This document shows positions 8,870 through 18,227 of a stretch of DNA of 57,946 nt, piece after piece (the first letter of the stretch is position 1; every line of letters starts with the position of its first letter). The stretch lies in the NCBI GenBank assembly GCA_031291715.1, contig JARLIN010000318.1, forward strand, positions 1 through 57,946. Direction: 5' to 3'. The position numbers and the translations under genes were made by a program. This stretch comes from Rhodopila sp. (GTDB lineage Bacteria > Pseudomonadota > Alphaproteobacteria > Acetobacterales > Acetobacteraceae). The notes under the pieces are model-generated. The model worked only from the letters and a program-made list of their open reading frames with translations, was not told where the DNA came from and made no database searches.

Positions 8870-9019
8870 ATGCCCATGTCCCGGAAGGAAGCGCGCGGCG
8901 CTAAAGCGTTCGCGTTCCCATTGTTCGGGATCTTTCTTCTGCTCGCGTTCTACTGGCTGCTGGCGGACTGGCAGGACATGCCGTCAATAATCAGCAACAC
9001 CCTCTCCGCGATACATTAG
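8870..9019 (+). CDS. Small single-TM membrane protein (49 aa)
   Basis: GGAGG RBS at 8858-8862, ATG 8870, hydrophobic FPLFGIFLLLAFYWLL segment. Confidence 0.6.
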   Translation: MPMSRKEARGAKAFAFPLFGIFLLLAFYWLLADWQDMPSIISNTLSAIH

Positions 9020-9052
9020 CCAAGCTGATTGGGCTGATAGAGACGCATCGGC

Positions 9053-9183
9053 GCTAGTGTCCCGAATCTGAAGTTCGCCATAGTGGGTGAACTTCAGATT
9101 CGGGACACTAGCTCTTTATATTCAGTGGCCTGCTCATCCCCGAAGCCCACCCATGATGCGACGAACTTCGGGGGCAGGACACT
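9053..9183. repeat. Palindromic MITE/RPE-like element (one perfect and one degenerate hairpin)
   Basis: 24-bp perfect inverted repeat GCTAGTGTCCCGAATCTGAAGTTC (9053-9076 / 9089-9112), then a degenerate unit ending GAACTTCGGGGGCAGGACACT. Confidence 0.75.
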
Positions 9184-9392
9184 CGGCATTCAAGGCGACG
9201 AGAGCGAGACAGGTGCGCCCTAAAGTGGCAGTCGGCTCTCAAGCTGTCGGAGGGCACGCTTCGTCGCGGCTCGGCGGAGCGGCAGCGTCGGCCCTCCCAA
9301 CCAGTTTGAACTGGCCCTGGCTGCCAACCGGCCCAAGCGGAAAGCCGATGATCCGATCACCGGCTGAATCGCCATTACAACCTGCGATACCT

Positions 9393-9707
9393 TTAGCCGC
9401 GGGCGCCGCGCTGGCACAGATCGGCGTTGAAGGCGGGGTCGAACACGCGGCTGACATCGGCGCGGTTCAGGCCGATATCCCACAGTTCACGGTCCGACAT
9501 GGAAGCGAGTTCCGCAGCGGCTTCGTTATCGCGGCGCCACGCTACGAAAGCGGCGACCTGCTTCGACAACCACGCGGCGAGTCCGTTCTTGCGCACGGCC
9601 TTCGGCGCGGCAGGCGCCCGCAGGTTCGGCTCTTCCCATTTGGCGTCGATATAGCTCAAGCTCGGAAGCTTGAAGGCGAATTGAGTATTAGCGGTGTGAG
9701 CGCTCAT
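9393..9707 (-). CDS. DUF1127 domain protein
   Basis: AWRRDNEAAAELASMSDRELWDIGLNRADV matches the DUF1127 pattern. Confidence 0.88.
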   Translation of the reverse strand: MSAHTANTQFAFKLPSLSYIDAKWEEPNLRAPAAPKAVRKNGLAAWLSKQVAAFVAWRRDNEAAAELASMSDRELWDIGLNRADVSRVFDPAFNADLCQRGARG

Positions 9708-9901
9708 GGTGGATGTCCATACGAACCCAGGTCCTACGCGACGTCGGGGTGGCGGGGCGCCCCCGGGTTATGATGCAGTGCAACATAGAACGGCTCGCGT
9801 TGGTTATAAGCGCGAAAAACGCCCAAACTGCCATGCGTCAATCGCATGGATGCCGCATGAGTCATGAATTTTCACGCGCCTGCGTACACGAAAGGTCGGA
9901 A

Positions 9902-11677
9902 ATGAGTTTGTCAGCGTTATCGGCACTACGGCAGGAACTGGCACGTCAGGGCCTCGATGGCTTCATTGTCCCGCGGGCGGACGAGCATCTGGGTGAATAT
10001 GTGCCCCCAGCGGCGGAGCGCCTGGCCTGGCTCACGGGCTTCACCGGCAGCGCCGGTCTGGCGGTCGTGCTGGCCGGGACCGCCGCGGTCTTCACGGATG
10101 GCCGCTACGTGCTGCAGCTCGCGGAGCAGACCGACCCGGATCTGTGGCAACGCCTGCACATCACCGAGCAGCCGCCGCCATCCTGGCTCGCCCAGCATGC
10201 GCCAAAGGCTGGACGCATCGGTTATGACCCGCTGCTGATCAGCGAGGACGGCCTGGCCCGCTACACCGACGCCGGCCTGACGATGGTGGCAGTGGACAGG
10301 AACCCGGTCGATGCGGTCTGGACCGATCGGCCGCCGCCGCCGCGCGCACCAGCCCTGCCCCATCCGCTGACGTACGCGGGCCGAAGCTCGGAAGACAAAC
10401 GCGCCGATGTGGCCAAGCCGCTGCGAGAAGCGAAACAGGATGCGGCGGTTCTGACAGATCCCGCTTCGATCGCCTGGCTGCTCAACATCCGCGGCAACGA
10501 CGTCCCCTTCACGCCCTTCGCGCTCAGCTTTGCTCTTATACACGCGGATGGCGCGACGGACCTGTTCATCGATCCCGCCAAGGTTCCGCCCGAGACGCGC
10601 GCCTGGCTGGGAAACAAGGTGGCGGTCGCGGACCGCGACGCGCTCCTCCCCGCACTGCGGACGTTGGCGGGAAAAACGGTCCGGGTTGATCCGGCCGGGT
10701 CCCCCGTCTGGTTCGCACAGCAGCTTCTGAAGGCCGGCGCGGTGGTGGCCTCCGGCAGCGATCCGTGCCTGCTGCCGAAAGCCTGTAAAAACGAAACCGA
10801 GCAGCGCGGCGCCCGCGCGGCGCATCTACGCGACGCGGCCGCGGTGTGCCGTTTCCTGCACTGGCTCTCCATCGCCGCACCGACCGGCCAACAGACGGAA
10901 ATGTCCGCCGCCGACACCCTGCTCGCGTTCCGCCAGCAGATCGAGGGCTTTCGCGGCGAGAGTTTCCCCGCGATCTCCGGCGCCGGCGAGCACGGCGCGA
11001 TCATCCATTACCGTGTGACGGAAGAGTCGAACCGGTCGATCAACCCGAACGAGGTGTATCTGATCGACTCCGGCGCACAGTATCCCGATGGCACGACCGA
11101 TATCACCCGCACGGTTTGGACGGGCCCACGCAACGCACCAGACGCATTACGCGATCGCGTGACCCGCGTGATGCAGGGCCACATCGCCATCGCGACGGCC
11201 GTTTTTCCGAAGGGCGTCGGTGGTGCCCATCTGGATGCGTTCGCGCGACGCGCTCTCTGGCGGGCCGGTTTGGATTACGATCATGGTACCGGCCATGGCG
11301 TCGGCAGCTATCTGTCGGTGCATGAAGGTCCGGTCAGCATCTCCCGCCTGGCCCGCCCCGTCCCGATCGAGGCCGGCATGATCCTGTCAAACGAGCCGGG
11401 GTTCTACCTGCCCAACCAGTATGGCATCCGGCTGGAGAACCTTTTGCTGGCCCAGCCGGCCGATCTCCCTGATGCCGACAAGCCGTTCCTGTGCTTCGAG
11501 ACACTGACCCTCGCCCCGTTCGATCGCCGCTTGCTGAATCCGGCGCTGATGACCGTGGAAGAGCGAGAGTGGTTGGACGCGTATCATGCTCGCGTACTGC
11601 TCGCTGTCGGGCCGGCTCTCGAACCAGCCGAAAGGGAATGGCTGACCGCTGCCTGCGCGCCGCTCGCCCGCGGATGA
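9902..11677 (+). CDS. Aminopeptidase P family (M24B) Xaa-Pro aminopeptidase
   Basis: DEHLGEY, FTDGRY, DSGAQYPDGTTDITRT, HGTGHGVG, HEGP, SNEPG, GIRLEN. Confidence 0.95.
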   Translation: MSLSALSALRQELARQGLDGFIVPRADEHLGEYVPPAAERLAWLTGFTGSAGLAVVLAGTAAVFTDGRYVLQLAEQTDPDLWQRLHITEQPPPSWLAQHAPKAGRIGYDPLLISEDGLARYTDAGLTMVAVDRNPVDAVWTDRPPPPRAPALPHPLTYAGRSSEDKRADVAKPLREAKQDAAVLTDPASIAWLLNIRGNDVPFTPFALSFALIHADGATDLFIDPAKVPPETRAWLGNKVAVADRDALLPALRTLAGKTVRVDPAGSPVWFAQQLLKAGAVVASGSDPCLLPKACKNETEQRGARAAHLRDAAAVCRFLHWLSIAAPTGQQTEMSAADTLLAFRQQIEGFRGESFPAISGAGEHGAIIHYRVTEESNRSINPNEVYLIDSGAQYPDGTTDITRTVWTGPRNAPDALRDRVTRVMQGHIAIATAVFPKGVGGAHLDAFARRALWRAGLDYDHGTGHGVGSYLSVHEGPVSISRLARPVPIEAGMILSNEPGFYLPNQYGIRLENLLLAQPADLPDADKPFLCFETLTLAPFDRRLLNPALMTVEEREWLDAYHARVLLAVGPALEPAEREWLTAACAPLARG

Positions 11678-13675
11678 TCAGGCGACCTGGCGTTCCCCGC
11701 CGGCGGCGACGCGCGGCGGGAACGCCAGGGCGATTTCTGTCGAATGCAGCGATAGGTTGGGGTTCCAGTACGGGTCCTTGTCCAGCTTGTGACCCCAGCG
11801 CTGGTGCATATAGGCGACCTCCCGCTCGAACCGGGCCGCCTTTTCCGCCGTGCGGTCCGTCCCCCTGGACGCCGACTCCAGATGATAGAGTTCAGCGTAG
11901 GGGGTCCACAGATTGCGGTATCCTTTCTCGACCAGCTTCAGGCAGAAATCGACGTCGTTGAACGCCACAGGCAGGGCGACCTCGTTCAGGCCGCCCACTT
12001 CCAGATAAGTCTGCCGGCGAACCATCAGGCAGGCCGCGGTCACAGCCGACACGTTCCGCACTAGATTCAAGTGGCCGAAATAGCCAGGATCGCGCCGCGG
12101 CTTGTTCAGGTACTGGTGACCGGCGACGCCGAACATGCCGATCGTGACACCTCCGTGCTGAACCGTATCGTCGGGATACAGGAGCTTCGCGCCAACGGCC
12201 CCAACACCAGGACGAACCGCGTGCGATACCATCTCCCGCAGCCAGCCGGGATCGATCACACGGATATCGTTGTTCAGCATCAGGATGATGGAGCCGGCGG
12301 CTTCCTGGACCATATGGTTGTTAAGCGCGGCGTAGTTGAAGGGCCCCGGACACCGCAGCACCCGCACACGCGGATTCCGTGCCAGCTTCTCCAACAGGTT
12401 CAAGGCCTCCGGCTCGTCTGATCCATTGTCGGCGATCAGCACTTCCAGCGTTCGGTAATCCGTCCCGTTCAGTAGCCCGTCCATCGCGCGCGCCAGCATC
12501 ACCGCCTGGTTGCGGGTCGGGATGATCACCGAAACCATTGGTTCGGGTTGCGGAATGGGATAGATCACCCGGCTCCAGGCCGGCGCGGCTGGGGCCGGCT
12601 GAACCTGAATCTCGGGCAGGCTGCGCGACAGAAACTCGGATACCGCACGCCGGGCGTTCGCGGCGCAGCGGTCCAGAGCGGTTTCGGAGAAGGAACGGTC
12701 ACGCCCGCATTGGCGCCAGTGATACAGGATGCTGGGAATATGGGCGATGCGGTCGGGTGTCGTCTCGGCCACGGCTCGCAGCGCAAGGTCGTAATCCTGG
12801 CTACCTTCCAGCCCGATCCGGAATCCGCCAACGCGCTCGAGCAGCGATCGCCGGTAAACGCCGAGGTGACTGATGAGATTCTGGCCCATCATCAGTTCGG
12901 GGCTCCAGTCGGGTTTGAAATACGGCATCGACCGGCGGCCGGCGTCGTCGATATGGTCCTCGTCCGAATAGATGACGTCGATACACGGGTCGGCCACGAT
13001 CCGGGCGGCGACTTCGTACAAGGCCCGAGGCGAGATCAGGTCGTCGTGATCGAGCAGCGCAACAAACGCGCCCGTAGCGAGACCCAGGGCTGAGTTAGAC
13101 GCCGCGGATATGTGCCCATTGCAGTCCCTCCAGGCGATCTTGATGCGGGAGTCCGCCGCCTGTGCCTCGCGCATCAGTACCGCGATAGACGGATCGGTCG
13201 ATGCATCATCGGCGATGCAAAGTTCCCACCGTGGGTAGAACTGGGCCTGAACCGATCGGATCGCGGCACGAAGATGATCCGGCGGCGGGTTGAAGACCGG
13301 CATCACAATCGAGATCAAGGGCGGATCATCGAAACGGGCTATACGCGCGATGGCCGAGCGCCGGGCTCGCTCATCCACTTGCTCATAGAGCCGGATCCAC
13401 GTGGAATAATCGTTTTCGATACCCCTGCTCTGCGCGAGGAGGTGGTCGGCGAAGCGGCGCGCCTTGGCTCGCAGAGGCCCCGGCAGGCATACGGCCGCGC
13501 CGGAAAGTCCTGAATGTGCCCAAGGCATCCAGCGCCGCGGCAACAACGCCCAGAGATACCGCAGGCTGGAGGCCACCACCCGCTTCGCCCGAAACTCTTG
13601 CGGCGGCTCCTCCGAGCTAAGGCTTCGAAGCGGAATAGGTGCGTCATACGTCGCACGGTCGCCCGAACCCGTCAT
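11678..13675 (-). CDS. Two-domain GT2 glycosyltransferase (start uncertain: 13675, 13789 or 13900)
   Basis: ISIVMPVFN, IADDAS, LLDHDD, YSDED, GSQDYDL; second domain VSVIIPTRN, LNNDI, AFNDVDFCL. Confidence 0.9.
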   Translation of the reverse strand: MTGSGDRATYDAPIPLRSLSSEEPPQEFRAKRVVASSLRYLWALLPRRWMPWAHSGLSGAAVCLPGPLRAKARRFADHLLAQSRGIENDYSTWIRLYEQVDERARRSAIARIARFDDPPLISIVMPVFNPPPDHLRAAIRSVQAQFYPRWELCIADDASTDPSIAVLMREAQAADSRIKIAWRDCNGHISAASNSALGLATGAFVALLDHDDLISPRALYEVAARIVADPCIDVIYSDEDHIDDAGRRSMPYFKPDWSPELMMGQNLISHLGVYRRSLLERVGGFRIGLEGSQDYDLALRAVAETTPDRIAHIPSILYHWRQCGRDRSFSETALDRCAANARRAVSEFLSRSLPEIQVQPAPAAPAWSRVIYPIPQPEPMVSVIIPTRNQAVMLARAMDGLLNGTDYRTLEVLIADNGSDEPEALNLLEKLARNPRVRVLRCPGPFNYAALNNHMVQEAAGSIILMLNNDIRVIDPGWLREMVSHAVRPGVGAVGAKLLYPDDTVQHGGVTIGMFGVAGHQYLNKPRRDPGYFGHLNLVRNVSAVTAACLMVRRQTYLEVGGLNEVALPVAFNDVDFCLKLVEKGYRNLWTPYAELYHLESASRGTDRTAEKAARFEREVAYMHQRWGHKLDKDPYWNPNLSLHSTEIALAFPPRVAAGGERQVA

Positions 13676-14096
13676 GGGGGCTTGCGACCCGCGGTCCGCG
13701 CCCTTGTCGAGGCCAGTGCCGCAGGGCGTGGATGGCGTCCCGGGGCCAGGCCTTGGTCGGGCCTTCGGCCCGACCCGCGGGGCCGTCATGATGTTGAGAG
13801 GTCGGTTCCCTGCCTTTGGCGAGGCGGTTATTTCGCCGCGAGGCCGAAGGTCCGCGGACGAGTCATGCGGCGACGGATTTGGTGATAGCGGATTGTGCAA
13901 GACCTGTCCCTCTGAGCCGTCGGAAGGGTACAGGCCAATTGAGTCAAAGGTGCGCGGTTTCGACCGAACGATCAGGTGTACTCCATAACATTCCTGTGAG
14001 GCGTTTAGATCGTGTCACTCGCTTCAACATTTTTTTGGTGTGCCGTCCCAAAGCGCAGCCGTTCGCCGCCCGCGCGGCGATCGGCTGTCGCTCGTT

Positions 14097-14168
14097 ATCA
14101 TGGGCGGGTGTGTGCGGACCAATGTTCAAGCGCGTTCCCGCGATGACTCCGAGACGCCCGGCCATGAC
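14097..14168. repeat. Degenerate CGTC-type REP palindrome
   Basis: ATCATGGGCGGG ... GCCCGGCCATGAC ends shared with other copies. Confidence 0.5.
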
Positions 14169-14259
14169 TCGGCGGCCGAGCAGCGCGTCTCAGCGTTCCG
14201 GACACCTTTGTCCGACGGCCTGATCCGCGCTGCCACGTCTCCCCCGACGCGATCCCGCG

Positions 14260-14964
14260 CTATCGGCCCCTCGCCCAGGCCTCGTAGCGCGCCTTGTTTT
14301 CCGCGTTCGGCGGATACAGGCCGGGAAGCGATGCGCCGTCGTTGACCTGGTTCATGATCCACTCTTCCAACCGCTCCTGGTCGGCCGCCACGGCGGCGAC
14401 GTCCGCCACGAGCTTCTGGGGGATCACGACGGCGCCATCGTCGTCGACCATGATGACGTCGTCCGGGAACACCGCGACGCCGCCGCAGCCGATCGGCTCC
14501 TGCCAGTTCACGAAGGTCAGTCCGGCGACGGAAGCGGGGGCGGCCGCGCCCTGGCACCATACGGGAAGCCCGGTTCCAAGGACACCGGCCAGATCCCGGA
14601 CGACGCCGTCGGTGACCAGACCGGCGACGCCCTTCTTCGCCATGCGGGCACAGAGGATATCGCCGAAAATGCCCGCGTCCGTGACGCCCATGGCGTCCAC
14701 GACGGTGATGCAGCCGTCCGGCATGGCCTCGATAGCCGCGCGCGTGGAGATCGGGGACGACCAGGATTCCGGAGTCGCCAGGTCTTCCCGCGCGGGGACG
14801 AAGCGGAGGGTGAAAGCCCGTCCGATGAGTCGGGGCTGGCCCGCCCGAATCGGCTTGGTACCGCGCATCCAGACGTTGCGCAGCCCCTTCTTCAGCAGGA
14901 CCGTGGTGATGGTCGCGGTCGAAACGCCAGAAAGGGCGGCGAGGGTGGCGGGGTCGATGGTCAT
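14260..14964 (-). CDS. RraA-family / HMG-CHA aldolase-like protein
   Basis: GRAFTLRFVPARED, AGIFGDIL, VTDGVVRD, PIGCGGVAVFPDDVIMVDDDG. Confidence 0.88.
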   Translation of the reverse strand: MTIDPATLAALSGVSTATITTVLLKKGLRNVWMRGTKPIRAGQPRLIGRAFTLRFVPAREDLATPESWSSPISTRAAIEAMPDGCITVVDAMGVTDAGIFGDILCARMAKKGVAGLVTDGVVRDLAGVLGTGLPVWCQGAAAPASVAGLTFVNWQEPIGCGGVAVFPDDVIMVDDDGAVVIPQKLVADVAAVAADQERLEEWIMNQVNDGASLPGLYPPNAENKARYEAWARGR

Positions 14965-15070
14965 GAGATTTTCCGATCTCCAGGTTGGCCGGCAAGTCTC
15001 CACCATTGACGCGCCATTGGCCGGGCCGCGCAAGATGGTCCCGTTTGATCGAATGGGCTGTTGACCGTTG

Positions 15071-15574
15071 CTAGTCGGATTCGCCGTCCGCCCCGCCTGT
15101 CATGATGGCCTGGGTGTGCTCGCACAGCTTGCCCAGAGCCTTCTGCAGGGCACTCCATTCCGCCTTGGTAAGGCCGGCGGCGAGCGTCGTTTCGATATCC
15201 CGCGCCATTGGCGCGACACCTGTAAAGATGGCCGTGCCCTTCCGCGTTAGTCGCAGAAGTCGGCCGCGGCCATCTTCGGGGTCGTGGGTCTGTCGCAGCA
15301 GGCCACGTGCCACGAGGCTCGCCGCCGCCCTGCTGACCTTCACTTTGTCCATCGATGTCCGTTCGCCGGCGGCTGTCGGCGACAGGACGCCGTATCGGCC
15401 AACCGCGGCCAGAAGCCGCCATTCCGGCATTCCCAGCCCAGATCGTGCGAGATGTTGCCGGGCGATCAATCGCGACACGGTGTCGGCGGCAACGGACAGG
15501 CGGTACGGCAAGAAATCTTCAAGCCGAAAATCGCCAGCCTGGGTGCCTCTGCCGGCTTCTACTGATTCTTTCAC
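15071..15574 (-). CDS. MarR family transcriptional regulator
   Basis: LEDFLPYRLSV, EWRLL, MDKVKVSRA, DPEDGR..LRLTRKG. Confidence 0.9.
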   Translation of the reverse strand: MKESVEAGRGTQAGDFRLEDFLPYRLSVAADTVSRLIARQHLARSGLGMPEWRLLAAVGRYGVLSPTAAGERTSMDKVKVSRAAASLVARGLLRQTHDPEDGRGRLLRLTRKGTAIFTGVAPMARDIETTLAAGLTKAEWSALQKALGKLCEHTQAIMTGGADGESD

Positions 15575-16204
15575 TTGAAACTACCTCGCATCGCTGGACT
15601 ATGATGCCTCAGAAGTCGCCACACGACAACCGGCGCGTGGCGACAAACCCCCATTTTCCTTGCGGACGATGGAAACGGCGCAGCAACGGCCCATAGTCGT
15701 CACGAATGGCCGCCAAAGCACCCACTTTGTTGGCTGGTAAGGAAGGAACCGGCGCATATCGCTCTCCCGACCCCAGCAAACCCAGGGGACTCCCATTTGA
15801 AACGATACGGTCGATATTTGGCTTTGAGACAAATCAATGGCCGCGCCGATTTTTCATGAATACTACCCGGCGGGTGCAACTACTAAACATGACGATGTTA
15901 TGATGCGGGAACACCCGACAATACAACCCTGACGAGCGCGAACCGGACCAAACTCTCTTTTCCTGAGAAAGACCCGTAACGACACAACTCGTTTCGCAAA
16001 TATTCTTTCATGGGCCAACAGGGTGAACAAGACTGAAAGCGTCCCGCTCGATCGGAGTATCTGATATCATATCGGGTGAAACCGGCTTTCGTGCGTTCAG
16101 CACTTCGGCATGCGCCAGCATCGCGGCGCATCGGAAGACGCATCGCATGGGCTGGCATTACACGCGGTCAGAACGCATGCGAGCGTTCGTCGAGGAGGCC
16201 ATCG

Positions 16205-16648
16205 ATGACTTCGAACGAAACCATCCGCCCCGGCGAGGCCGCTACGGCGCTGCCGGACCGTACCGACGCTGGGGTTTATTTCATCGGCCACATCCGCACC
16301 CCATGGCCGACCCGCGAACTCTGCCCGAGGCGGGGCGACCCCGAAGGGCCGGAATGCCGCATCGAAATCGACCCGCGCTGGGTCGAGGCGCTGGAGGGGC
16401 TGGCGTCGAATCCGCGTATTCAAGTGCTGTACTGGATGCACGAGGCGCGCCGCGATCTCGTGGTGCAGATAACGAGGCGTTCGGGTCAGCGGATAGGCAC
16501 TTTCGCGCTGCGCTCCCCGGTGCGGCCAAACCCAACCGCGTCTTCCGTGGTCGAACTGGTCGCGGTGGAGGGAACCACCGTGACCGTCCGCGGCCTGGAT
16601 TGCCTGGACGGCACGCCACTAATTGATCTGAAGCCGGCTCGGGATTAG
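16205..16648 (+). CDS. tsaA: tRNA m6t6A37 methyltransferase TrmO/TsaA family
   Basis: FIGHIRTPW, GTFALRSPVRPNP, GLDCLDGTPLIDLKP; GAGGAGG RBS. Confidence 0.85.
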   Translation: MTSNETIRPGEAATALPDRTDAGVYFIGHIRTPWPTRELCPRRGDPEGPECRIEIDPRWVEALEGLASNPRIQVLYWMHEARRDLVVQITRRSGQRIGTFALRSPVRPNPTASSVVELVAVEGTTVTVRGLDCLDGTPLIDLKPARD

Positions 16649-16679
16649 AGCGCAATCGCTTGCGGCGAAACCGTAAGGA

Positions 16680-17313
16680 AGCGTGAATCGCGGTCTCGGC
16701 CAGCGCCTGGACGTCGAACCCCATGCAGCCCTCGTCCGGCTGAGAGGCCGAGTTGTGCAACTTGTCCTGCGGTCCCGCCTGTGAAAATCGGATTCTGAGC
16801 CGGAACGACAGAACGCGCTCCGCTATGAGGGCGAAATCCTTTCAGCCAGTCGTCGATCATAGCCCGCGTATCGCCGAGACCTTCCTCGGCTGGCTGGAAC
16901 ACCAGCTTGACCGTTCCGGCGAACTGGGGCGCCATCTATTTCATTACCACAGCGACGCCGAGAAGGGGCGCGGTGTGGATGTCATGGCCGCAGGCATGCA
17001 TCAGGCCTTCGCGCGTGCTGGCCAGGGGCAGGCCGCCGGTTTGGGGATCGGCAGCGCGTCCATGCCGGCACGGATGGCCAGCACTTTCCCCGGACGGCCG
17101 CCCTGGATCAGGCCAACCACGCCGGTCTTGCCGATACCGGTCCGGTGCGGAATGCCTAGGCGGGTCAGTTCCGCGCTGACGACGCCGGCGGTGCGGACTT
17201 CCTCGAACCGGAGCTCGGGATGGGCGTGGATGTCGCGAGGGAGGACGATCAGGTGCTACTCGATCTGCGGCACGGATCGCGGTGGACGGGTCGATGGCCA
17301 GGATGTCGTTCAA
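16680..17313 (-). pseudogene. M20D amidohydrolase (hippuricase-like) pseudogene
   Basis: Fragments in different frames: [28 protein letters not shown]; MHACGHDIHT; in-frame TAG at 16936-16938; KLVFQPAEEG; C-terminal LHNS..QPDE; central part deleted. Confidence 0.88.
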
Positions 17314-17357
17314 CGTAGGTCCCCCCCTTATCGGCATCTGCGTATCGCGATCCGCCC

Positions 17358-17386
17358 TTGCCTGCCGCCGCTGCCGCCGCTATATC
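17358..17386 (+). promoter_or_regulatory. Putative sigma70 promoter of rpmI-rplT
   Basis: TTGCCT-N17-TATATC, about 110 bp before rpmI. Confidence 0.55.
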
Positions 17387-17494
17387 CCCGCCCCTGTCTG
17401 CGAGCCCGGGCCTGGAAAGGGCATGCCCGGCCGCGACTGCTTGCCGTCGATCGTCCGTCGTGGATGGGCAAGCGCGAAACAGAAGGAGACCAAA

Positions 17495-17698
17495 ATGCCC
17501 AAAATGAAGACCAAGTCGTCGGTCAAAAAGCGGTTCAAGATCACCGCGACCGGCAAGGTTCTGGCCGGACCCGGCAAAAAGCGCCATTGCTTGAGCGCTC
17601 GGAGCCAGAAGGCCAAGCGTACCAATCGCGGCAGCCAGACGCTGACCCATGCTGACGGGATTACCGTCAAGCAGTGGGCCCCCTACGGCATCGCTTAA
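17495..17698 (+). CDS. rpmI: 50S ribosomal protein L35
   Basis: [22 protein letters not shown]; AAGGAG RBS; precedes rplT. Confidence 0.97.
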   Translation: MPKMKTKSSVKKRFKITATGKVLAGPGKKRHCLSARSQKAKRTNRGSQTLTHADGITVKQWAPYGIA

Positions 17699-17713
17699 GG
17701 GAGTAAGCACAGC

Positions 17714-18070
17714 ATGGCACGCGTCAAACGGGGTACAACCACTCATGCCCGCCACAAGAAGGTCCTGGAGCAATCCAAGGGCTTCGTCGGCCGGTCGTCC
17801 ACCAATTACCGCATCGCGCGGGAGCGGCTGGAGAAGTCGCTACAATACGCCTACCGTGATCGCCGGGTTAAGAAGCGGGAATTCCGCGGTCTTTGGATCC
17901 AGCGTATCAACGCGGCGGTGCGCGAGCACGGGATCACCTACTCACAGTTTATCGCCGGGCTGAAGAAGGCCGGGATCGAGATGGACCGCAAGGTTCTCGC
18001 CGCCATCGCCTATGACGATGCGGCCTCGTTCGCGGCCATCGTGCAGAAGGTTCAGGCCGCCCTGGCCTAG
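17714..18070 (+). CDS. rplT: 50S ribosomal protein L20
   Basis: [27 protein letters not shown]. Confidence 0.98.
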   Translation: MARVKRGTTTHARHKKVLEQSKGFVGRSSTNYRIARERLEKSLQYAYRDRRVKKREFRGLWIQRINAAVREHGITYSQFIAGLKKAGIEMDRKVLAAIAYDDAASFAAIVQKVQAALA

Positions 18071-18092
18071 CGTTTACCCTCGCCCCTCCTCC

Positions 18093-18171
18093 CGTGAGGG
18101 CCAGGCATGCCCCGGCTACCTGCGCAAGAACGGTTGGGGGGCGGATGGCCGGGACATGTCCGGCCATGACG
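18093..18171. repeat. CGTC-type REP palindrome
   Basis: Right arm GGATGGCCGGGACATGTCCGGCCATGACG; left arm degenerate. Confidence 0.7.
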
Positions 18172-18178
18172 ATCTAGA

Positions 18179-18210
18179 GAAGGGGCCGCCTGAACAGGGC
18201 GGCCCTTTCC
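18179..18210 (+). terminator. Hairpin/terminator between rplT and pheS
   Basis: AAGGGGCCGCC-TGAACAG-GGCGGCCCTTT. Confidence 0.55.
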
Positions 18211-18227
18211 GTATTCGGAACCGAGTC

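Noticed and set aside
9190-9390. Possible CcsR/cuckoo sRNA downstream of the DUF1127 gene
   Set aside because: An imperfect hairpin exists (about 9243-9305), but no CCTCCTCCC loop motifs are present on the minus strand
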